A DNA stretch of 32,000 nt from the NCBI RefSeq assembly GCF_004376175.1, contig NZ_SNUY01000005.1, forward strand, positions 75,193 through 107,192, in the 5' to 3' direction. Within the stretch, counting starts at the first letter, position 1; every line of letters begins with the position of its first letter. Shown one piece after another: positions 25,331-32,000 of this stretch. Under the pieces are notes generated by a model, which saw nothing but the letters and a program-made list of their open reading frames with translations, was not told where the DNA came from and made no database searches. This stretch comes from Halalkalibacterium halodurans. Lineage in GTDB: Bacteria; Bacillota; Bacilli; Bacillales; Bacillaceae_D. A program made the translations under genes and the position numbers.

Positions 25331-26509
25331 TTAGTTAATGATCTCAAAATCCTGAATATAACGAGTTTGAAATCCTTTCTTTTCCATTTTTTGCAGCTCA
25401 GGAACGTCATAAGTAGCCGTCCGTTCTCCACCCAATGAGTAAACATCGATTACATGTACATCTTTCTGCTCATGAAACCTTATAAAATAGAGTTGATCAT
25501 CGTTAAACGTAATATGCTCATCTATATCCCATTCACCTCTAGTGTAGTCTTCCAACGTAAACAGTGTCTTTACTGCTCTGTTCTGTAAATCCATCTGCTG
25601 AACCTCGCCGTAGCCTGTCACAAAGTAAAGCTCCTTTTCGGTCACATGAAAAGCATCTTGATTGAAGGGAAAAAAGTATGGATCCTCCTCTGCTGGATAC
25701 GTTCCTACTAGGAAGTCGTCTTCCAATTCTAATGTTTCTTTGTTCACCTTCAGCACCCGTAGTTCTTCTTCACCCCTAGAATCCTCTTCCCATAAGTACA
25801 TCACGTACAAATGAGTTGAGTTGCTAACAATATTGGATAAACTTAATTCGAGAGTGTCCTCACGTAATGTCGCTTCTTTTATTTGGAACTCATTCCCTTT
25901 AGGCGTGTATTGTAAAATGTTTAGTTCTCCAAACTCCCCATCACCGATCATCTTAGTTGTCATCATAAAGATGCTTTCCTCGTCTGAACCGTCAGCTACT
26001 AAATAATGAGGAACGTCTGTACACTCGTGCTGTTTTTCATTTCCCCATCTTATAACAGAACGGTAGTTACTCGCATTTTCATCATAGTCTTCAAATCCGT
26101 GATTGAAAAGCTCATAATATATTTCTGACGTCTTCAGATAACCGGATGAATTTTGATAGCCACTATGTACAGAACATTCACTTTTAACCGTATGAACGTT
26201 TCCAGTCCCCTTGTCAACTAAGGTGATGTGATCTTGACCATTTAAAACAATGTCATCAGCTGTGTTTATAACGGTCCCCCATTCGATGTTATCTCTCGTC
26301 ATCTGTTGAATCGTCCCATCCTCTTGTATAAAAGCGGTTACGCCTTTACTATTTTCCGAAAGAGCAGACGTTCCAACATAAACAGCTGCGAACACATCCT
26401 CTAATGTCACCGTGTTTTTATTTGCATACGTTGAATAAAACACGATACCAACGCCAATAGCGATCGCTAATACTACTCCTAAAATCACGTATCGATTAAG
26501 CTTCCCCAT
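25331..26509 (-). CDS. Hypothetical membrane-anchored extracytoplasmic protein, 392 aa, no recognised domain
   Basis: N-terminal TM anchor (YVILGVVLAIAIGVGIVFY) and an acidic, Tyr/Phe-rich ectodomain. TAGGAGG lies 7 nt upstream of ATG 26509. Hand counts give 37 and 36 G+C per 100 nt (25331-25430, 25801-25900), against 48 and 50 in flanking genes (24601-24700, 27381-27480). Confidence 0.7.
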   Translation of the reverse strand: MGKLNRYVILGVVLAIAIGVGIVFYSTYANKNTVTLEDVFAAVYVGTSALSENSKGVTAFIQEDGTIQQMTRDNIEWGTVINTADDIVLNGQDHITLVDKGTGNVHTVKSECSVHSGYQNSSGYLKTSEIYYELFNHGFEDYDENASNYRSVIRWGNEKQHECTDVPHYLVADGSDEESIFMMTTKMIGDGEFGELNILQYTPKGNEFQIKEATLREDTLELSLSNIVSNSTHLYVMYLWEEDSRGEEELRVLKVNKETLELEDDFLVGTYPAEEDPYFFPFNQDAFHVTEKELYFVTGYGEVQQMDLQNRAVKTLFTLEDYTRGEWDIDEHITFNDDQLYFIRFHEQKDVHVIDVYSLGGERTATYDVPELQKMEKKGFQTRYIQDFEIIN

Positions 26510-26533
26510 CAATGCGCCTCCTAAACGTTAATC

Positions 26534-26561
26534 AAGTGCCTCTCTTTGTTAAGAGGCACTT
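26534..26561. repeat. Perfect 10-bp stem hairpin AAGTGCCTCT-ctttgtta-AGAGGCACTT
   Basis: Read directly. It lies 25 nt upstream of the orphan gene start on the minus strand. No proper U-run on either strand. Confidence 0.6.
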
Positions 26562-26724
26562 TGAACCCCTATGTATACAAAATTAGAATAAATGACTTCG
26601 TGCAAAATGATCTTACATCCATATTTATCAATAATCAAGAATTATTTTACATTTCATATTATTTCTTCACTTCCCTCTCTATCCAATGACAAAAAAGTGC
26701 AGAGAGAGGACAAAATCGTCTAGA

Positions 26725-26738
26725 TGAAAGCGATTTCT
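26725..26738 (+). promoter_or_regulatory. cre site TGAAAGCGATTTCT (CcpA operator)
   Basis: Full match to TGNAANCGNWNNCW. It lies 65 nt upstream of the solute-binding-protein start codon. Confidence 0.55.
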
Positions 26739-26802
26739 TTTCTGAAAATTCGTGTTACGTTTAAAGAGTCATCTGACAACCATAGATAAGGGGGAGTTTT
26801 GC

Positions 26803-28113
26803 ATGGTGAAAAAATGGTTCGCTCTAATGATAGCGCTTTCTGTTCTTGTGATTGGACTGGTCGCTTGCGGTTCTTCAGAAGATAGCTCTAATGAGCCAAG
26901 CGAAGAGCCAGAGACGAGTGATTCTGAAGAAGCTACTGGTGAAGCTAGTGGCACGCTCGAAATCTTCAGTTGGTGGACAGGTGCTGGAGAGGAAGATGGA
27001 TTGCTTGCATTGATTGAGTTATTCGAAGAGAAGCACCCGGAAATTGAAGTGGACAATGCAGCGATCGCAGGTGGTGCCGGAACAAACGCTAAAGCTGTTC
27101 TCACAAGCCGCATGCAAGGAAATGATCCACCGGGGACGTTCCAAGTTCATGGCGGTGCAGAGCTAAACGATAGCTGGGTCGCTGCTGGACAAATGGATCC
27201 GTTAAATGACCTCTTTGAAGCGGAAGGCTGGGCTGACAAATTCCCAGAGGAGTTAATCGAACTTGTCAGTAAAGATGGAAACATCTATTCCGTCCCTGTA
27301 AACATCCATCGTGGAAATGTTCTTTGGTACAATACAGAAATCTTTGAAGAGCATGGACTTGAAGTACCAACAACATTTGAAGAGTTTTTTGATGTAGCTG
27401 ATGCTTTGCAAGAAGCGGGTGTCACACCTCTAGCACTTGGAGATCGTGAGCCGTGGGCGGCCACTCATTTGTTTGAAACCGTTCTTCTCGGCACACTTGG
27501 TGCTGACGACTATAACAAGCTATGGTCTGGTGAAGTAGGAATGGACGACCCTCGCGTAGAAGAAGCGGCTGAAATCTTCATTCGTATGCTTGATTACGTA
27601 AATGAAGATCACAGCTCCCGTAACTGGCAAGACGCTTCACAGTTAGTTGCTCAAGGTGAAGCTGCGATGAACGTAATGGGTGACTGGGCGAAAGGATACT
27701 TCGTTAACGATTTGAATCTAGCCGTAAAAGAAGACTTTGGTTGGGCAGCTACTCCTGGAACAGAGGGAACGTTCATGGTTATTACCGATACGTTCGGTCT
27801 ACCAACAGGTGTTGAAAACCCTGAAGTCGTGAAGAGCTTCTTAGCTGTACTAGGTTCTCAAGAAGGACAAGACGCATTCAACCCATTAAAAGGCTCTATC
27901 CCTGCTCGTGTCGATGCCGATGTATCGAAATACGACGAGTATGGACAAGAAACAATTGAAGACTTCAAATCGGCAGAGCTTTCTCCAAGCTTGGCCCATG
28001 GTTCTGCAGCAAATGAAGGCTTCCTTACACAAGTAAACCAAGCGATTAATATTTTCGTGACACAAAAAGATGTCGATAGCTTCGTTGATTCATTGAAGCA
28101 ATATCAGCCATAA
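26803..28113 (+). CDS. ABC transporter solute-binding lipoprotein, family 1 (CUT1 sugar type)
   Basis: Lipobox LVAC-GSS followed by an acidic linker. The size and the LEIFSWWTG... start are typical of CUT1 SBPs. AAGGGGGAG lies 6 nt upstream of ATG 26803. Confidence 0.9.
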   Translation: MVKKWFALMIALSVLVIGLVACGSSEDSSNEPSEEPETSDSEEATGEASGTLEIFSWWTGAGEEDGLLALIELFEEKHPEIEVDNAAIAGGAGTNAKAVLTSRMQGNDPPGTFQVHGGAELNDSWVAAGQMDPLNDLFEAEGWADKFPEELIELVSKDGNIYSVPVNIHRGNVLWYNTEIFEEHGLEVPTTFEEFFDVADALQEAGVTPLALGDREPWAATHLFETVLLGTLGADDYNKLWSGEVGMDDPRVEEAAEIFIRMLDYVNEDHSSRNWQDASQLVAQGEAAMNVMGDWAKGYFVNDLNLAVKEDFGWAATPGTEGTFMVITDTFGLPTGVENPEVVKSFLAVLGSQEGQDAFNPLKGSIPARVDADVSKYDEYGQETIEDFKSAELSPSLAHGSAANEGFLTQVNQAINIFVTQKDVDSFVDSLKQYQP

Positions 28114-28124
28114 ACAAAGATGAC

Positions 28125-28164
28125 CTTGAGCAGAGAATCTTCTCTGCTCAAGGCGTCTGTTTTA
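28125..28164 (+). terminator. Strong intra-operon hairpin between the SBP and permease genes (partial terminator or stabiliser)
   Basis: 14-bp perfect stem CCTTGAGCAGAGAA-tc-TTCTCTGCTCAAGG, with a TTTT run 7 nt downstream. Confidence 0.65.
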
Positions 28165-28180
28165 CAAAGGGGGCACATTT

Positions 28181-29167
28181 ATGGAAACAACACAGAGCAA
28201 ACAGCAACCCTTAACGGCACCGGCCACAAAAGAGGAACAAGCTCCGCAACAGAAGCGGAGGCGCAATAAAGATCAATGGTACGCCATTCTCTTTCTTGCG
28301 CCATCCATTCTTTTAATCGGTGTGTTTATTTATGGATTTATTGGGTGGACAGGTTATGTATCCTTAAGTAATTGGAACTCGCTTGTACCCGATTTTTCGT
28401 TTGCTGGGTTGAAGAACTATCTCTTTTTATTTCAAGATTTTCGCTTCCAAGCGGATTTACGGAACACGCTCTTTTTCACCATCTTATTTATCGGTGCGGT
28501 CATCGTTTTAGGTCAAGGGATTGCGATTTTATTAGATCAAAAAATACGGCAAGAGTCGCTGTTTCGCAATATTTTCTTCTTTCCTATGGCCCTGTCCTTT
28601 GTCGTTACAGGGGTTGTGTGGCAATGGCTATTAAATCCATCTACCGGCGTGAACTTGTTTCTAGAGCGATTTGGCCTTGATTCTCGTTGGTATACTGATA
28701 CGACGATCGTCCCTGCGATTTCACTCGGAAAAATTGAGTTTGGACTTCCCGTTGCGATGATTGCTGTCGTCATCGCTGCCGTTTGGCAGATGACCGGGTT
28801 TGCTGTCGCTATGTATTTAGCGGGCTTACGCGGCATTCCAGATGATGTCCGAGAAGCGGCGCGCATGGATGGAGCAAACGAATTCCAAGTGTATTGGAAA
28901 GTCATTTTACCACTTTTACGCCCAATTACGATGAGTGTCATTATCATCATGGCTCACATCTCATTAAAGATCTTTGATCTCATCTTTGCAATGACCGGTC
29001 CAGGAGCAAACTTTGTCACCGATGTTCCTGGGGTGTACATGTTTGAGACAACGTTCCGCGGGAACTTCTACGGCCAAGGGTCGGCGATTGCCATCATTAT
29101 GTTAGTTTCTGTCGCGATCTTTATCGTTCCTTATTTAATTTCCAGTCGAAAGGGGGAATCCTCATGA
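28181..29167 (+). CDS. ABC sugar permease (MalF/UgpA-like)
   Basis: Six TM segments and the EAA loop EAARMDGANEFQVYWKVILPLLRP. Confidence 0.9.
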   Translation: METTQSKQQPLTAPATKEEQAPQQKRRRNKDQWYAILFLAPSILLIGVFIYGFIGWTGYVSLSNWNSLVPDFSFAGLKNYLFLFQDFRFQADLRNTLFFTILFIGAVIVLGQGIAILLDQKIRQESLFRNIFFFPMALSFVVTGVVWQWLLNPSTGVNLFLERFGLDSRWYTDTTIVPAISLGKIEFGLPVAMIAVVIAAVWQMTGFAVAMYLAGLRGIPDDVREAARMDGANEFQVYWKVILPLLRPITMSVIIIMAHISLKIFDLIFAMTGPGANFVTDVPGVYMFETTFRGNFYGQGSAIAIIMLVSVAIFIVPYLISSRKGESS

Positions 29168-29985
29168 CATTGCAACGAATGACGCGCCCTTTACTTTACC
29201 TCTTCTTAATCGGACTTAGCTTGTTTTTTCTCATGCCTGTCTATGTCATGCTCATTACGAGTGTGAAGCCGATTGATGAAGTGACGTTAGATCAAATGTG
29301 GGCCCTCCCTACCTCCATCGACTGGAGTAGCTACAGCCAAGCGTTTTCTCGGTTGGCGCCCAACTTGCTCAATACATTGTATTTAGTCATCCCCGCAACG
29401 ATATTATCGGCGTTGCTCGGATCTCTTAACGGATATGTTCTTTCTAAGTGGAAGTTTAAAGGGGCCGATTGGATTTTTACAGCGATTTTGTTCGGGATGT
29501 TCATCCCGTATCAAAGCATTCTCATTCCGCTCATCCAATTTTTGCGCGAGGTGAACCTTTACAATACAATTCCTGGGCTCATTCTCGTCCATGTTGTGTA
29601 CGGGATTCCAATTACGACGTTAATGTTCCGTAACTTTTACGCGAACATTCCTAAGGAAATGCTCGAATCGGCTCAAGTGGACGGGGCTGGATTCTTTCGG
29701 ATCTATCGTCACATTATGTTTCCCCTTTCCATCACTGGATTTGTCGTCGTCGGGATTTGGCAGTTTACGAACATTTGGAACGAGTTCCTATTCGCGGTTT
29801 CGATTACGACAACCTCGCAGCAGCCGGTTATGGTCGCACTGCAAAACTTGTCCGGGAGTCAGATCGTGCAATGGAACGTGCAAATGGCGGGTGCGTTACT
29901 CGCAGCATTGCCTACCTTGCTCGTCTATATCATTCTCGGAAAATACTTTGTCCGTGGTCTTCTAGCAGGCTCCGTGAAAGGATAA
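29164..29985 (+). CDS. ABC sugar permease (MalG/UgpE-like)
   Basis: EAA loop ESAQVDGAGFFRIYRHIMFPL. ATGA overlap with the upstream permease. Confidence 0.9.
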   Translation: MTLQRMTRPLLYLFLIGLSLFFLMPVYVMLITSVKPIDEVTLDQMWALPTSIDWSSYSQAFSRLAPNLLNTLYLVIPATILSALLGSLNGYVLSKWKFKGADWIFTAILFGMFIPYQSILIPLIQFLREVNLYNTIPGLILVHVVYGIPITTLMFRNFYANIPKEMLESAQVDGAGFFRIYRHIMFPLSITGFVVVGIWQFTNIWNEFLFAVSITTTSQQPVMVALQNLSGSQIVQWNVQMAGALLAALPTLLVYIILGKYFVRGLLAGSVKG

Positions 29986-30036
29986 GCTTGAATCTTTGAA
30001 GAATTGGTTCGTATAATGGAATAACAGAGCACAATC

Positions 30037-30077
30037 AATAGCCAAGGGTGACCTCCTTTGGCTATTTCACTATTTTT
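30037..30077 (+). terminator. Probable terminator of the ABC operon
   Basis: AATAGCCAA...TTGGCTATT stem followed by TCACTATTTTT. Confidence 0.5.
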
Positions 30078-30109
30078 ACCCTGAAAGCAGTCCTGAAGAG
30101 GAGGATTAA

Positions 30110-30568
30110 TTGTTGCCTAAACGGAAAACGCTCATCGTTTTATCGCTCATTGTTTTAATTGGGGTTGGTGTTGTTTTGTATCAATTGGCAGCGAGAACGA
30201 CCTTTGGGAATGTACTAGACGAAACCATTCCCAGTCAAGAGGACATCACGCACATTACCGTAGAAGCGTATTCAGAAGAACTTGGGGAAACTTTGTGGGC
30301 AACCATTGACGATGTGGAAATTATTGACCATTTACTAACAGAACATAAAGAGATTGCTCTGAAAAAACAAAGGACCAAACATACTAAAATCCTAGACTAT
30401 ACGATGACGATCAGCACACCAACGAAAAGTGATTCGTTTCATTTTGACGAAACTCATTTTGTTGCAAGTGGAACCGACTATAAAATGTTAAACGGTCATT
30501 TGGTTGATTCGATCGATAGGCTGGACGTAGAGTGGCAAACAACCGATGAGTTCCTTGGGATTGAATAA
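30110..30568 (+). CDS. Hypothetical membrane-anchored protein, 152 aa
   Basis: GAGGAGG RBS with a TTG start and an N-terminal TM helix (LIVLSLIVLIGVGVVLY). No recognised motif. A hand count gives 32 G+C per 100 nt at 30301-30400. Confidence 0.55.
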   Translation: MLPKRKTLIVLSLIVLIGVGVVLYQLAARTTFGNVLDETIPSQEDITHITVEAYSEELGETLWATIDDVEIIDHLLTEHKEIALKKQRTKHTKILDYTMTISTPTKSDSFHFDETHFVASGTDYKMLNGHLVDSIDRLDVEWQTTDEFLGIE

Positions 30569-30594
30569 AGAACCGCCGTGACCCGGCGGTTCTT
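30568..30594. terminator. Hairpin between convergent genes
   Basis: 11-bp perfect stem AAGAACCGCCG-tgacc-CGGCGGTTCTT. The U-runs are weak in both directions. Confidence 0.55.
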
Positions 30595-30615
30595 GAACAC
30601 TTTCGTTTAACCTTT

Positions 30616-31452
30616 CTAAAAATCAAAGGAGAAGGAGTCTGGATTTTGTCCGAGGCGGCGGTCTTCATTTAATCCATCGAGAGCTTCGACATCCTCTGGT
30701 GACAGGTGGAAATCGAAAATGTTTGCGTTTTCCTGAATCCGCTCCTCTCGCACCGACTTGGGAATCGTCACGACCCGATGCTCTAAATTCCAGCGCAACA
30801 CAATTTGAGCTGGCGTCTTCCCGTACTTTTTCGCAAGTGCTTGCACGACAGGGTGTGTAAAGATCTCCCCTTTCGTTAGCGGCCGCCACGCCTCCAGTTG
30901 AATGTCGTGCTCCTTGCAAAATGTAAGCAATGGCTTTTGCGTCAAAAACGGATGAAATTCCACTTGGTTGACCATCGGATTAATATCGGAAATGTTCATC
31001 ACCGCCTCTAGATGATGAATGTTAAAGTTGCTCACCCCGATGGCTCGTACCTTCCTCTCTTTATAGAGCGTCTCTAGCGCCCGCCAAGTATCGAGAAACT
31101 TCTCCTTCACCGGCCAATGGATTAAATACAAATCGATGACCTCAAGTCCTAAACGCTTTCGGCTGCGCTCAAAAGCGGCGAGTGTTTCGTCATATCCTTG
31201 TTCAGTATTCCATACTTTTGTTGTGACAAAAATCTCATCTCGCGGAATTCCGCTCTCGCGAATCGCTTGGCCGACCCCTTCCTCGTTTTGATAAAGACTC
31301 GCCGTATCAATGCTTCGGTATCCAGCTTTTAAGGCTGCTCGAACAGCCCTTATCACTTCTTCTCCTTCGGCTGCTTTATATACACCAAGGCCAAACCATG
31401 GCATTTCAACGCCATTGGCTAGTTTGACACGATCTTGTATCGACTGTATCAT
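30616..31452 (-). CDS. Aldo/keto reductase (YtbE/YvgN / 2,5-diketo-D-gluconate reductase-like)
   Basis: GYRSIDTASLYQNEE, LYLIHWP, IGVSNF and IPKS are AKR signatures. AAGGAG lies 7 nt upstream of ATG 31452. Confidence 0.9.
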   Translation of the reverse strand: MIQSIQDRVKLANGVEMPWFGLGVYKAAEGEEVIRAVRAALKAGYRSIDTASLYQNEEGVGQAIRESGIPRDEIFVTTKVWNTEQGYDETLAAFERSRKRLGLEVIDLYLIHWPVKEKFLDTWRALETLYKERKVRAIGVSNFNIHHLEAVMNISDINPMVNQVEFHPFLTQKPLLTFCKEHDIQLEAWRPLTKGEIFTHPVVQALAKKYGKTPAQIVLRWNLEHRVVTIPKSVREERIQENANIFDFHLSPEDVEALDGLNEDRRLGQNPDSFSFDF

Positions 31453-31542
31453 GCAATCACTCCTTGTATTCATCACGTATTGTCAAAACTTTATATAAAA
31501 CAGGCTATTAAATCCTATGTTAGAGGGCTTTATAAGCAAAAA

Positions 31543-31615
31543 AATTGCCACTCCCTGATTTCTGTAGATAATTGAGGTTACCAAACACCCAATTCCAGAA
31601 AAGGAAGTGACAATT
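31543..31615. repeat. Imperfect inverted repeat AATTGCCACTCC / GGAAGTGACAATT with a 48-nt spacer
   Basis: Read directly. The right arm covers the putative RBS (AAGGAAGTGA) and the TTG start of the partial ORF. Confidence 0.4.
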
Positions 31616-32000
31616 TGTACCCTCAAATTATAACCTATTTATTAACTTTTATAAACTATCAAGAACAAATTATTCGAACTTTGCTTACTCTATTGATTGG
31701 AAAAAGCATGTTCGATAAACCCAAAGAAGCTCCTGTTAATCAGCCTTATCGAAAGCTTCAAATTGATGATTTACCTATCATTGAAAAGGTAGAAAAGCTC
31801 GATTATCAGCTTTTATTAACGGAATATCTTCAATCAAAAGGAAAACCGTTAAAACCAGTACGCCGTCGAGCCAATTCTACGCCCGTACCTTCTGCATTGT
31901 GTTGTCCTAAGTGTGGTGCTCCTTCTGCGTATTTGTACGCAAACAACGGAGGAAAAGGACAATATCAATGTAAGGTGTGTGCGTGTGTTTTCAATAAAAA
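31615..32000 (+). mobile_element. Partial ORF, probably the N-terminus of an IS transposase with a zinc ribbon; continues beyond the window
   Basis: 128 open codons from TTG 31615 to the window end, absent from the track because no stop is reached. It ends in CCPKCGAPSAYLYANNGGKGQYQCKVCACVF, a CxxC-x16-CxxC zinc ribbon common at transposase N-termini. The region is AT-rich. The family cannot be assigned from this fragment. Confidence 0.4.

Noticed and set aside
26769-28950. Minus-strand ORFs 26769-27113 and 28537-28950, and plus-strand ORF 28372-28680, within the ABC transporter genes
   Set aside because: They are shadow frames of the SBP and permease CDSs.
1-32000. Scan by eye for rRNA, tRNA, CRISPR arrays or riboswitch-like leaders
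   Set aside because: I saw no cloverleaf-type segments, no regularly spaced direct repeats and no recognisable conserved riboswitch cores in the longer leaders (2077-2498, 14205-14449, 26513-26802). A covariance-model scan would be needed to exclude small RNAs.

Overview
Chromosomal segment from a spore-forming Bacillaceae. The gene order lipL-pta-(crotonase)-hemQ-cwlJ-gerQ-ywdK mirrors the B. subtilis ywd/ywf region, RBSs are strong AGGAGG-type, and GTG/TTG starts are frequent. All family calls come from motifs I recognise by eye, since no searches were run. I support about 30 CDS and saw no rRNA, tRNA or CRISPR. From left to right the window holds: a truncated secreted pectate lyase; a GltP-like symporter; the housekeeping and sporulation block (DUF1450, lipL, pta, enoyl-CoA hydratase, hemQ, cwlJ, gerQ, ywdK); a GNAT; a secreted M14 carboxypeptidase; an ammonium-transporter operon; an orphan HpaB-type oxygenase; an AbrB-duplication membrane protein next to a CitA/CitB-type two-component system; a four-gene sugar-sensing operon (membrane-anchored binding protein, YesM-like kinase, YesN-like AraC response regulator, Gfo/Idh/MocA oxidoreductase); an AT-rich orphan gene; a CUT1-type ABC sugar importer without an ATPase; a second AT-rich orphan; an aldo/keto reductase; and the start of a probable IS transposase at the window edge. 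The strongest candidate for an undescribed system is the amt operon. Instead of the expected PII gene (glnK/nrgB), amt is translationally coupled to a GlnD-fold (DUF294-type) nucleotidyltransferase and a DnaQ-like exonuclease. The operon sits behind TnrA/GlnR-type boxes placed as in B. subtilis nrgAB. Secondary leads are the AbrB-family membrane protein at the position of a two-component-system target, the regulator-coupled oxidoreductase, and the two AT-rich membrane-anchored orphans that bracket the ABC operon.
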